Shown here: piece by piece, positions 52,301-64,000 of the stretch
How positions within the stretch are numbered: position 1 is the stretch's first letter
Layout of the letters: every line of letters begins with the position of its first letter
Source: Cenococcum geophilum
Taxonomy: Eukaryota
Assembly (NCBI GenBank): GCA_050273025.1
Contig: CP158635.1
Span: 16,740,001-16,804,000 of the forward strand
Direction of reading: 5' to 3'
Length of the DNA stretch: 64,000 bases
Notes under the pieces: model-generated
The model's database searches: none
Seen by the model: the letters and a program-made list of their open reading frames with translations, nothing else
What the model was told of the DNA's origin: nothing
Position numbers and translations under genes: made by a program

Positions 52301-53643
52301 GTTGCTACTTAGGCCCAGGCTATTAAAGCTCAAAGTTAGCAATGAAAATCTATTAAGGATAGAAAAACTTACCTTAATGTAACTGCTGCTCTTAGTATGC
52401 ATGCATTGATTATAAGGACTAAAGGTATTAGATCTAATATAGTGCGTCTTATTATAAGCCTCTAGAATCCTATTATTAGATTTCTAGTCTTTTAAAGACG
52501 TATAGGCAAAATTATTTAGGTAGGACTAGTACTAGTTACGGGTTAGTGGGGGTTAGGGTTCTATATATAAAGGTAGGGCTAGGATATGTTATGGAATTTG
52601 CTTAAAAGAGTAGTTAGTAGGAGAATAAAGAGGTATATTGAATTAATGATAAAAAAGAAGAAAATCTTAATAATATATTAAAGATACGTCCAAATTGGAC
52701 GAAGGTTAATAATGGGAAGTAAGGTGTTGAGGAAAAGGATTAAGCTTAATAAGTAAAGTGTTTTTATACTTTACCGTCTATTACCCTTTTAGTAAATAGC
52801 TGTAACCTTACTAATATAACTCCGTTACAATAGCGTTATTTAAAAGGAAGGAAATACGCGTATAAGTTATTTGACTATTACTTCCTTATAAAAACTAACT
52901 ACGCGGCCGGGGGAAGGTAATTAAGACGTTAAATTAAAGACGTATATAGGTTAAATTAGACCTAAAACGATACTATAGTATTAAAGAATAACGTTATAGA
53001 CGTTTTTAACAATCGTATAATAGCTACAATTGCTATTATAAAATGTCCCTGTTTGCTAGGCAGTAGAGCTATACTAAATATACAGTATAGGATTACTAAA
53101 TCTTAAGAGATAAGTCTCTTTAACTAACTAATTGATACCTTAACCGTATCTAATAGCCTAAGGGCAAATGCGGGAGCAATGCGTTAGTGACGTAGAGGAT
53201 TATAAGAAAAGGATTATAAGAAAGAATTATAGACTATATCTTAGCAGTTAAAAATAACGGTAAGCTAAGGCTTTATATATTAAATCCTATACTAAAAGGT
53301 TCTATGGAACTATACTGGAATACTAAATTGCCTATAATACTTATAATTGATTATAGATTAGTATAAAGGCTTAGAAGTAGAGTTGTATAAAAATCCCTAT
53401 GTTAGCCTAGGTAGTTACTAGTATACTTCTAGTAGGCTTCTAATAGGTCTTTTAGCAATCCTCGCGTCTTTTCTTTAGTTATGTTTTTTTCTTATTAAGG
53501 GTTTTTACGAGTTTAAAGTAGGGGTTAGATAGATAGATAATATATAGTGGTATACCGATACCTTTCTAATATCTTTCTAAACCTCTTCTGGGATAAGCCC
53601 TTATAATCTCCTTACTGTAAGGTAATAGCAATTGGGGGCTATC

Positions 53644-56600
53644 TGTTACGGCTTAAATAAATGCCTCTAAACCGAAGCTTGAACGAATGCTATATTACGA
53701 AGATACTAAGCTAAAGAGAAGGAAAAGGGGTCGCTAGGACCGATGTAAACAAATATATAGGGTAAGCCGCCAAGGCGCTAGCTTTAGGCGGGCTAATCGC
53801 AGGTCGGTAGAATATGGTAGAATTTGGCAGGTAATGTGCGATAGCGCCGTTACATTACCCCCCTCTTTAAAAGAAAGCCTACCCTTAGGCTTAGTTAGAA
53901 AAAATAGGGTAGCACTAGGCTTATAAACGTAGGATTATAAAAATATAAGATAAGGAGATAAAGGGGATATAAGTCCGTCCTAACTAAGTACAAAGGGCAA
54001 TTGTAGGCTAAGTGGAAGCACTAGGTCAGAAAGAGTAGCTGTTAAAAGTCTTAGCATAGATCTAACCAATTAGACAACTTTAACCGGCGGTTAAAGTTCC
54101 TAGATATCTGAAATTTTACGGTACTAGCAGAAAACGGCAGAATATAGCAGAATTTGGCAGATAGCTGTATTAGGGCTTTAGGGCGTTTTTGTCCCTATAT
54201 TCTTCTAGTAACTTATTATCTTTATTATACTAGCATTCTATCTATTCGTCTAGGTACTTTAGGGGTTTAGGCGTATTAGGGTATTAGTTATAAAATTCTT
54301 TAAGCTTCTAGGGGCAGCCTATAAAGTTCTATATAGGGTACCAGGTTAGGTTAGAATCGTAGCCCTTTTATTAGATATGGTATTTTAGCGCTCCCTATAC
54401 TATCTTGCAGGCTAGTATTTTATTAACCTCCTATTTATTATCACCGTTTACTTAAACTGGTAGGGGAGGCTTATTCTTTTGTCCAGGTAATAGGTCGTTC
54501 GCAGCTTTCCGTAACTTATTTAGTAAAAAGATAGGGTAAACCCTAATTAAGTCTGGGAGCTTTATTTTGTATAAGTTGCCTATTTTCTTAAGAACTTTAT
54601 ATAGTCCTGCTATCCGGTAGTCTAGCTTACGGCTAGGTTGTTTAGTCCTCTAATTCCTTATTATAACCTAGACTATATCGCTAGGGGCAAAATCGGGCTC
54701 TTGATGGTGTTTGTTCGCCTGCTGTTCTATTAACCTCTAAGCTTTTTCTAGGTTCTTATAGGCTACCGTCTAGGCCTCCTCTAATCATTTGGTGTACTGT
54801 TAGGCCTTAGTATAAGATAGCTTCTCTTATATAGTTTAGGGTTCTTTTAGCCTTTTTTAGTTAAAGCTTATGCAGGGTAAGTATCCTATTTCTAGCTGAA
54901 TTGGGGCAAACCCTATAGAGTTATGGGGTAGGGTTGCTTGCGCGTAGTCTATTAAGGGTAGTAGTTTAGACCAGTTATCCTAGAAATAGTTAATGAAGGG
55001 CCTAAGCCTTTGGTCTAGGTACTAATTTATAATCTCTATCTAACCGTCTATCTGGGGGTAATAAGCCGTAGAAAGCTTTAGCTTAATACTTAGGATCTAG
55101 GTAAACTTATTTTAGAAGGCTGATATAAACTATAGCCTATAATTAGACATAATAGTATCTAGTAGTCCGTAGATTTAGTAGACGTAATGGATATATAGCT
55201 AGGCTGCCTCTTTAGTATTAATATTTTTGTAATATGGAATTAAGAATAGGCGTTTACTAAAGCGGTTAACTATAACTATAACTATATTATATCCATTACG
55301 GTCCCTAGGTAGTTTATAGAAGTCTATAAAGATATACTGCTAAGGGCGCTCTGGTATTAGGAGTGGCTTAAGTAGTCTTAGGGTCTTATCCTATAGGATT
55401 ATAGCTCTCTAGCAGTCTTTACAGTTCCGTATATATTAATTAATATCCATAACTATTCTTAGCTAATAGTAGTGGCAGTTAATAATTTTACGGGTCTTGT
55501 TCTTGCTAGGGTATACCGTAAAGACTTAGTAATAAGCTTCGCGGATCAGTTTAGTTTATAGATTATTAATATTAGGGATTATAAGCCGCTCCTAGTATAG
55601 GAGTAATTCTTCCTCCGTTTTAAAATTGGGGTTTCCTTTTACGGCTTATTCGCGGAGGGCCCTTAGGGCGTTAGCCGTGCGGTTTACAGTTAGGAGGCGG
55701 TTAATTAGCCCTATTAGCTTATTTAAGGACTCCTTTATTAATATTAGCTCGTTTTACTAGGAGTCTAGCTTCTTAAGGATCCGTGGGTTAAGCTATTCTA
55801 GATAGAGGAGGGCGCGCGTCTAATATTGGGTCTTTAGCTTATCCTAGGGTCCTATATTTTATTCTCTTTAGGTTAAAGTATTAGCCTTAGAGTTTTGCTT
55901 ACTAGAATAATATATAATTATAAAGAAGAATTAGGAGAGTATTTTAGCCTACTAGGCTTATTGCTTTATAAGCTGCTTTATAGTTATAAAGTACTCTAGG
56001 GCTTTATAATCTATATATATCTTAATCTGGGAGTTCGTACCTTTAAGCTCTACGCGCTATTAGAAGAGTAATTAAATAATAGCTAGCATTTCTTTATTAT
56101 GTACTTTATAGTTACACTTAGCTAAGTTTATTATCTTTAAGAAGAAAGCTATAAGGTACTATTCGCTATCTAGATATAACTATAATAGGATTCCCGCTAC
56201 GACCCTATTAGAGGCGTCTATTTTTAGCATTAATTTAAGGTCCGGGTTATAGTAATAAAGGATTAAAAAAGAGATAAGCCGATTTTTTACCTCTTTAAAG
56301 GCCTTTATATAGCTATTGTTAAAGATAAAAGGCGTATCCTTCCTAGTTAGTTATATAAAAGGTTTTACTATAATTCCGTAGTTATAAATAAACTAGCGGT
56401 AGAAATTATAAAAACTAAGAAAGGACTGGATTCCTTTTACTATATAAGGGGGCTTCTAGTTATAGATTGCCTTTACCTTCTTAGGGTTAACCTTAATTCC
56501 TTTTATAGTTATAATAAACCTAAGGTATTTTATATGTTTTACCCTAAACTCATATTTCTTAATATCAACTTATAAGCCTAGGTTCCGTAGCCTCTCTAGG

Positions 56601-59600
56601 ACCTTCTTAATATGAACTTAATGCTTAAGTTCGTTGTCCGAGTATATAAGAATATCATCTAGGTATACTATATAGAATTCGTCGAGGTAATTAAAAAGAA
56701 CGTTATTTATATACCTTTGGTATATAGCCGGTCTATTTATTAATCTAAAAGGAAGAACTTTATATTTATAGGAACTATAGCAGGTACGGAACGTTATTAA
56801 ATCTTTAGATATAGGGTCTATCCTAATTTAGTAAAAAGCTTGGCGGATATTAAGTTTGGTAAAAATCTTTACCTAGCTTAGATATATAAGGGTCTCGTTA
56901 ATTAAAGGAATAGAATACTAGTTCTTTTAAGTAATAGCGTTTAGCTTTTAATAGTTAATATAAAAATAAAGGCCTCTATTAGGCTTTTTTATAAATAGAA
57001 TAGGGGAAGTAAAAGGGGCTTAACTTGGTTTAATAAACCCTTTATCTAGGTTGTTAATTAAGTACTACTTTATTACTTTTAGCTTATCCGTTAATTAATA
57101 GTAGAGGGAGCTATAGCCTAGTGAGTTATTAGCCTCTAATTAAATCTTATAATTATATATCTGGTAAAGGGGTAACTTATCTAAGGCCGCCTTTAAGAAT
57201 GTATCCTTATAGCCTATATAAATAGTAAGAAGGAGACATTTAACTAATTCCTTATCGGTTTCCTTATCTAGCCTTTCCTCTCTATTATTAATAATTCGGT
57301 TAATCTTATATAGGCTTATTATAAAGACCTTATTGTCCTTCCAGTATATATTAAAGTGGAACACTATAGCGCTAATTACGGCAATATCTATAGTAGGGGG
57401 GTTAACTAATAATAGGGGCGTATGTAACTTTAGGGACTTCCAGGGTACTGGCGTTATTATTACTCCTTTTAGCTCCTATTATATCTTTTAGAGGTTATCC
57501 CTTATATCCTATTAATACGCTCCCCCCCAAAATAGCTAGATCTATGCGATTTAGACATTATCTATATTATTATCTATCCCGCTTCCGTATATAGAGTCCT
57601 CTTTAAACGTAGCGCTTTAAGAGAGTATCTTTATCGGTACGGAGTTCTTTCCAGCTTTATAGCGGGCGTTCTCTTAAGTAAAGGCTAGGTTATAGGCCCG
57701 GATATCCTACTAGTAGGTAGGGTTACCCCTTACGGCTAGTATCTTACAGTTAGTTCAGATCTCCCTAATAAAGGAGGGCAACCTTAGTCTATCCTCCGGC
57801 TAGATAAACCGTCTTTTTTATATATTTAACTAAATATTAAAATAGGATATCTATTTTCGTCTAAGGATTATATTATGGGACCCTAGGTCTAGGATATAAA
57901 AGGGGATACCGTATTGGCGTTATCCGTTAAGAGCGATATATAACTTTAAGACGTAGGTAACGGGCCAACTAGCTTGGCTATTATAGCCCTTTACCTAGAT
58001 AGACTTCTCTAGTTAGATGGCTTCTATATTTAGAAACTTAGCAATATTATTTATATAGGTAGTATTTATAAAGGCGAAGCTATTTACTCTAGTGTTAATA
58101 AGGGCGGTTATATTAACTTTATATTTATTTTAAGATACTATATATAGAACCGTAAAATGCTTTCTACCCATTAACTAACTAAGATTAATCTCTTTAAGAT
58201 TAATAGGGTACCCTAGGGGGGAGTCTTTCCCTAAGGTTCTTTTTTTCCTAACTTATTAAACGTTTCTCTTTCCTCTATCTCCTTAATATTACCTATATCC
58301 TTTAGCTCCGGGCAGAATAAAGTAAAGTAACCTTACTTATTATAGTTAAAGCACGTAGCCGAGGCAGGGTTAATTGGAGTATTATAGCGAATACTAGTTA
58401 ATGGCGTAGTACGTAGCTAGTTGGGCGAGGCTCGCTAGTATATAGTTATAACCGCCTTTAGTATAAGAGTAGTTATAACTTATCTTCCTACTCTAGCTCT
58501 TATAGGTGTAGCTAGCGAGTTCGAATTATTACGGAGTCGCTTCTGCTAATTAGGGTAGGCGTTAATCCGCTTTAGTTTTAAGTCTAATAATAAGTAACAA
58601 GCTATAAGTTTTTCGTGGGTTAGTAGGTTATCTAAGGTTATAGTAATCTTTTCTTATAGCCAGATTATTAGCTTATTATATAGGTCTAATTAGTAGTTCT
58701 TAAGGGGAACCTAGCCTTTTTCTATAAGGTATAGGAATTAAGTCTAGAATTCGGCAAAGGGTTAGTTTGGTTTTATTATTAGGTAATTATAGTTATAACG
58801 GGCATCCCGTACTTTATTTGGGTTAATATAAATAGCCGCTAGGTGCCGTATTATCTCATTAATAGATATAAATTGGATAGGGGAGTCGTCCTTAAACTTA
58901 GCTTAAAGGTGCCGTTAGGCGTCCCTAGTGGTTCAACTAAAGAGGTAGAGTATTTTGGCTTCTTTAGAAAGGAAATAGTTATAGTTAACACGGAGCTTTC
59001 CTCGTACTTAAATCCTCCAATTCTTAAAGGTAGGGTCTATCCCGTTAGATAGTGGTAGGGGGTTAAGGAGCTTAACGGACTTTAATTACTTTATTATTAT
59101 ATCCGTACTCCCTAGTATATTATATTTAGTAGAGTAAACAGGTCGGCTAGGGCTTTAAAAAGGGGAAGCTAGGCTATTTTATAGGGCCGCAAGGCTTTCT
59201 AGGATCTCTTATAGGGTCTCTTATATATTTCTTACTTTAAGACGATTAGCTTCCTAGCTGGCTGTAAGGGCGCGAATCTGCTCGCGTATATCTACAATAT
59301 TATTATTATCTTCGATTTCTAATCCTAATTAAATCTCAGGTTCCTCTCGGGTAGAGGTAGCTCTCTTAAATAAGCTTGCTTTAGGTGCCATCGTTAGCTT
59401 CGTAAGGTTTATTAGTATTATATGCTTTAGTTTTAATTCCAGGGGTATAGGTCTAGTCCTATTTAGCTTATAAGGTGGGATATTATCTAGGCCTTCCCAG
59501 GCAATATAGAGTTGTTTTAGTGTCTAAGTATAGCGTGTTAATGCGTCGTTGTAGACAAAGTTTCTTTAGGGTGGGATATTATTAAGGCCTTCCTAGGCAA

Positions 59601-59832
59601 GATAGGGAGAGCTTAGTATAATATCACGGCTTAAATAAATGCCTCTAAACCGAAGCTTGAACGAATACTATATTACGAAGATACTAAGCTAAAGAGAAGG
59701 AAAAGGGGTCGCTAGAACCAATATAAATAAATATATAGGGTAAGCCGCCAAGGCGCTAGCTTTAGGCGGGCCAATCGCAGGTCGGCAGAATATGGCAGAA
59801 TTTGGCAGGTAATGTGCGATAGCGCCGTTACA
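53644..59832 (-). mobile_element. Full-length Gypsy chromovirus E (6189 bp), inserted just upstream of the PPT of D
   Basis: 211-bp LTRs at 53644-53854 and 59622-59832; PPT (minus) at 53855-53870. gag ATG at 59391, TCFNYNK*GY knuckle at ~58310-58356, protease at ~58100, RT YLDDILIYS at ~56640-56667, integrase, chromodomain at ~54290-54430. Confidence 0.95.
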
Positions 59833-59856
59833 CCGACTATAAGAAGGGGGGGGTAA

Positions 59857-60071
59857 TGTAAGGGATATTATTGCGGACACCTTAGGTTGCCCTTAGGATA
59901 ACCCCTAGACGCCCCTTAGATGGTCGCCGGTTACGTACTAAAGGCATATGCCTGTAGTATATAGTCTTTATAATCCTAGAGGCCTTACCTTCTTAAGGAT
60001 TCGTCTTTTTTACTAATTTATCCTGTTCTAATCGTGTTCTTATAGCCCCCTATCTACAAGATCCCCTTATA
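59857..60071 (+). repeat. 3' LTR of Gypsy D
   Basis: 215 bp; matches 18359-18573. Confidence 0.95.
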
Positions 60072-60372
60072 AAAGCCGTGTTAAGCCCTTAAAACCTTAA
60101 TTAATATAAATAAGCTTAACCTAAAAGTTATAGAATGGGTAGAATGGGACTAATGGAGTACCTATGGTACGCCTATGGCCTGTCGAAAGGCTGTACGGCT
60201 TATTTTACGGACCGTAAGCAGAACTTACGGCTAGCTTGGGGCACCGTTTGGAAGGTAGCCTAGACGGCACTTTAGGGGAGATTTCTTATATATTTTCCTT
60301 TATGTTTTATAGTTTTATTAAAGCAATTACGGAGGCTGTATATAGGTGGTTTTATTTTTTAAGTACCACTAG

Positions 60373-60642
60373 TGTATAATTATAGCACCTGTTGTACTAA
60401 CTACGTGCTTACGCGTTCGGTACACTAGGTACGCGTTTACGCGTTTAGTGCACCAACCACCCGCTTACGCGTCTGGTACACTTATAAAGCACTAACTAAT
60501 TAGGGGGAGGTGTATTAGTATATAGACCAAGTAGTCTGCTTTATATAATCGATAGTTACTATTATCTAAAAGAGCATACGATACTATACGTATTTCGTGC
60601 CCCTAGATCTAACTCACTCGTGCCATTAAATTGGTACGAACA
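60373..60642 (+). repeat. 3' LTR of Copia C
   Basis: 270 bp; matches 12865-13135; ends ...GTACGAACA. Confidence 0.95.
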
Positions 60643-61897
60643 CTTAATTTAACAACACTATTACTTTTTAATAGATGTATCCTCTCCTTAAATAAGAATT
60701 CTATTGCTTTACGCCAAAAGGGTTAAGGCAAAAAGATTAACGTTATTAACGTTAATTCTCTAAAGTAAGGATATATAGAGCAACGTGCTTACGGAGCTTA
60801 TATTACTTCTATCTATTAACCTAAGGCTTTATTTAATCTCTTTATTGCGGCTTAATACTAGGAACTAACTAAAGATAATATCCTTGCCCTAAATAAGCGT
60901 CTTTCCTAGTAAATAAACTATCTTAATTAGGGACTACTCTACGTGCCTATTAATCTTCCTACTGCTAAGCTCTTTATATTTATTAATAGATCGTTTATAA
61001 ATAATAAAGATTTTAGCTCCTAGTTAGGATATAAGATTATTATCGCGAATAAATCTACTAGAGAGAATAACTTTATAATTTACGGCAACCTTATTTATTA
61101 GAGCTTAACTAAAAATAAGCGTATTACTTAAAGCGTTCTAGCGTTAGAAATATATAGAATAGTTAGCGGAGTTAATATGGTAATTATAATTAGAACTACC
61201 CTAAAGATAATTATAGATTGACTTAAACTTCCTATTATCCCTATAATTATATACACCGACCTATATTCCCTTTATAAGTATTTAGTTAAGCTTAGTACTA
61301 TAAAGAAGAAGCGCCTTATAATTAATATTTTAGCACTTTAGCAATCCTATAAGCGTTAAAAACTCTTTAAGATTTAATAGATTAATAGCTAAGATAACCC
61401 AGTAGATATAATAATAAAGGCGCACCCAAATAAGGCACTAGAGACGTTTATTAATATAAACACTCTATATATATAAGTTAAAGGTTAGGTTAAAAGGGAG
61501 TCTCTAGAAATTTCTTAGTTACGTAAGGTCTTAAGATGTCTAGGAACTTCGACTAGCGGTTAAAGTTATCTAATTAATTAGATTCTCTTACTAAGACTTT
61601 TTTAAAGGGGGGAGTATAATATTTTATAGACCCTAACTTAACCTAGCTAATTAGGATTTTCTATCCCCGGGATAAAAAATTACTATTAGCTCGCTTACTA
61701 CTAGTGCCTTAGCGGCCCTCTAAATAAAATACCTACCCATAACTTATAAGTAAGAAAGCACTATGTACTAAGAGGTAAATTTAAGGATAATAAGACTTAT
61801 ATTATAATAGTAATAGTAAGTAAGGAGGATTAATATTTGTTCCGATAGTTAAGTGGTATATATATATAAATGGCAACTATAAAAGAAGAGTTGCTAG

Positions 61898-62094
61898 TAT
61901 TGGGAATAAAGGTAAGTGGTTACTATATAAGGCATATTGCCGTTATATACGGCAATTTGCCATTATATGTCGCCGCGGCACTAGCGTAGCGAGGAGCCTT
62001 AAGCTCCTTGCCCTCCCTTAGAAAGGATATAGAATAACAATTATTATACTATCTACGAACCATAGCTACGTAATATTACCTTATGTAACTAACA
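61898..62094 (+). repeat. 3' LTR of Copia B (197 bp)
   Basis: Matches 8250-8467 but has one fewer ~20-bp internal repeat unit. Confidence 0.92.
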
Positions 62095-62993
62095 CCTAAT
62101 TTACTTTTTATTCTTAATATACTATAGATATATATTCTTTAGGTATTCCCACTACTATTATTTATTAAGCATTCTTCTATAAGGAATCTTTTTAGTTAAA
62201 ATATTAAATCTTATAACTCTTTAACTTCTACTAGATACCAGCCATAGATATACTTAGTATTTTTTATACTATTACTTATCTAGCGCCTAATATATCCTTA
62301 TAGGGTACTTCTAATTTTTTTCCTTTAGATTTTATATATATTATATATATTATTTATATATACAATCTATACCAATATATAATACGCTAGGTGCTTTAGG
62401 TTAACTCTTAGCTCGTCTTTATCCTTAAGTTTAAACCTTTATCTAGCTAATCTAAACGTTAGTCTCTTATTTATAGGTACTATAATTTACTTCTTACTTC
62501 TCTAGTCCTCTAATCTTTCTTCTAGATTTCTTAATATTATAATTAACGCTCTTTTAATATAACTTATACGTCTCTCTATAATTACTTAGTTTTAAATAAC
62601 TCTCTTATCTAGCTATATATAAAAGTCTTTCTACTTATTATTATATCGCTGCCTATACTACTTTTAGTATAGCTCTATAAGCGTATATAATCTATCTATA
62701 AGGAAATATTTTATTATTACTATATTATTATAATCTTTAGTATACCTTTCTTTAAATCTGGTTAGAACCCCTAGGTCCTCTTCTTATTTTAGTTCTTTAA
62801 GCTACTTTACTCTTAGCGTGCCTATTCTTAGCCTATTAGTAATTTTTTGCGTAGGTACTTTAACTCTTAGTTTACCTAGTGTTCTTAACCCTTAGTAGCC
62901 TCTTTATTTTTACTATGCTTTAATTTAGTTTTTAAATTCTTTTTAATCTTTTCCTAGTTTGCGTCTAGCTATAAAATCCATTAGATCTATAAA
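62095..62993 (-). mobile_element. Continuation of GyA' (gag C-terminal extension)
   Basis: Diverged reverse-complement match to ~26300-27182 of family-A copy 1. Confidence 0.85.
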
Positions 62994-63402
62994 TATTGGT
63001 TATATAGGATAACTTACTAATAACGACTACTCGAGTAGGTTACAGTAATGTTAGTAAATAAAGCTTATTAATTGGAATAAGGAAGGGCGAGGAGCCTAAA
63101 TCTCCTCGTTATACTAGTGCCGCACTATTATATAATAACCGCTTGCCTTATTCCCGACACTAGCAACTCTTCTTTTATAGTTGCTATCTATATATAAATA
63201 CTACTTAACTAGCGTAACAAATATCAATCCTCCTTACTTACTATTGCTATTATAATATAAGTCTCGCTGTCCTAAAATTTGCCTTTTAGCACGTAGTGCT
63301 TTCTTGCTTAAAGTTGTAGGTAAATATTATATTAGGGCCGCCAAGTCGCTAGTTATAAGCGAGCCAATAGCGATTTTCCATACCGGGCATGGAAAATCCT
63401 AA
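62994..63402 (-). mobile_element. 3' LTR (62994-63159) and 3' UTR of a Copia-B-related element
   Basis: Minus strand reads GCAACTATAAAAGAAGAGTTGCTAG-TGTCGGGAATAA, matching 61873-61909; UTR colinear with ~61650-61897. Confidence 0.88.
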
Positions 63403-64000
63403 TTTTTTTTTTTTAGGTCCATTGTATTATACTACGTACAATACTGCGCATGCAGCCTCTAGGCTATGGCGCTATAGCTCTATATACATGAATCCTTCTC
63501 AGGCAGCTTAACATATACTAGTAACTATGTCCTAGTAGTTTATAGCTACTTAGTAAAAATACTAGGTTACTAATAACTATTAGGTAATAAGAAAACAATA
63601 GAAAAGATTCTAAAAAATAAGAAATCCTAACGCCTGTCCCTGTCCTTTTGTAAATTATTTCTGTCCTTTTGCTCCCTATTATCTATCTACTAGGAGCCTA
63701 GTAGGAGTTACCTCCTTCTAAAGATCCTACTGCTATTAGCCACTTTCTAGTAACTATTCCTGTCCTGTCTAGGAATAGAAAAAGAGCTTCTCTTCCTTTC
63801 TTTGTGCAAAATAACTTCTTTAGAGAGAGAGAAGAGCCTAGTTGCCTTTGTATATTCTTTCTCTCTTCTTTATATAGGCTGCAGTCTAGTAGTAAGTGCT
63901 TAGGGGTTTATACAGCAGTATATTCTCTAAAGCATCTACCTTCTTTGTCCTTTCCTATTGTTCTAGAGAAGGATTTAAAGAAACCCTTTCCTAGTTTTAG
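63403..64000 (-). mobile_element. 3' end of a second LINE (ORF2 C-terminus, poly(A) tail), running off the window's right edge
   Basis: T12 run at 63403-63414 is a poly(A) on the minus strand. Minus translation reads LKLGKGFFKSF...RCFREYTAV*TPKHLLLDCSLY...FLDRTGIVTRKWL, a LINE C-terminal zinc-knuckle region. Confidence 0.85.

Larger units (their letters stand above)
18359..60071 (+). mobile_element. Gypsy/chromovirus element D inserted in the RNase H of C; split by two family-A copies and element E
   Basis: TSD AAAGC at 18354-18358 and 60072-60076. Protease ALYNSGAEINLI at ~20447, RT YLDNILIY at ~21813, RNase H at ~22330, integrase at ~23380-23815 continuing 31793-32312, chromodomain at ~51135-51290, PPT AAGAAGGGGGGGGTAA at 59841-59856. 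Confidence 0.95.
12865..60642 (+). mobile_element. Copia element C (GalEa-like) inserted in the RT of B, split by D; own sequence 12865-18358 and 60077-60642
   Basis: TSD CTTAA at 12860-12864 and 60643-60647. KCFVCGKKG knuckle at ~14863, protease INIGAS at ~15277, integrase RRFGHLS at ~15720, RT at ~16930-17700, RNase H FIDVSFANN at 17941. Confidence 0.95.
8250..62094 (+). mobile_element. Copia element B (GalEa-like), split by element C; own sequence 8250-12864 and 60648-62094
   Basis: gag knuckle KKCYVYKKLNY at ~10138, protease DIGAV at ~10553, integrase at ~10945-11600, RT at ~12190-12864 resuming at 60648, RNase H FINRSFINN at ~60979, terminal VKG*V at ~61477; flanked by homologous LTRs. 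Confidence 0.9.

Noticed and set aside
52540..52560. GGGTTAG telomere-like repeats
   Set aside because: Only two or three imperfect units; not a telomeric array.
9936..59880. Remaining ORF-track entries as host genes
   Set aside because: All fall within TE relics or LTRs; only 32782-33039 (gag) and 57140-57364 (pol of E) are in native frames, and both are fragments.

Overview
The window has no intact host gene. It is an AT-rich, TpA-saturated block of transposable elements heavily mutated by RIP (repeat-induced point mutation), as expected in a filamentous ascomycete (Pezizomycotina). Matching LTR pairs and target-site duplications (TSDs) resolve a nest six levels deep: a divergent Gypsy host (GyA', minus) > Copia B (8250-62094) > Copia C (12865-60642) > chromovirus Gypsy D (18359-60071) > family-A Gypsy copies (23816-31787; 32313-50963) > another family-A copy (37414-45355), a solo LTR and a 2.46-kb non-LTR element. 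Gypsy E (minus, 53644-59832) also sits inside D. The left end holds a partial family-A copy, a LINE 3' end and a Helitron helicase relic. The right end holds a Copia-B relative and a second LINE. The standout is the non-LTR element at 46898-49360. Its first base (right after a 14-bp TSD) is G1 of a complete HDV-like self-cleaving ribozyme fold. It ends in an (ACT)n tail, shares 3' motifs with the LINE at 2098-3264, and shows no reverse transcriptase I can recognise. It is therefore a candidate ribozyme-headed non-autonomous retroelement. Also notable: antisense, intron-bearing Cys-rich accessory genes in two Gypsy families, and tRNA-independent priming signatures. All element names are my own labels. 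Protein motifs were read by eye through RIP damage, so de-RIPed sequences are inferences.
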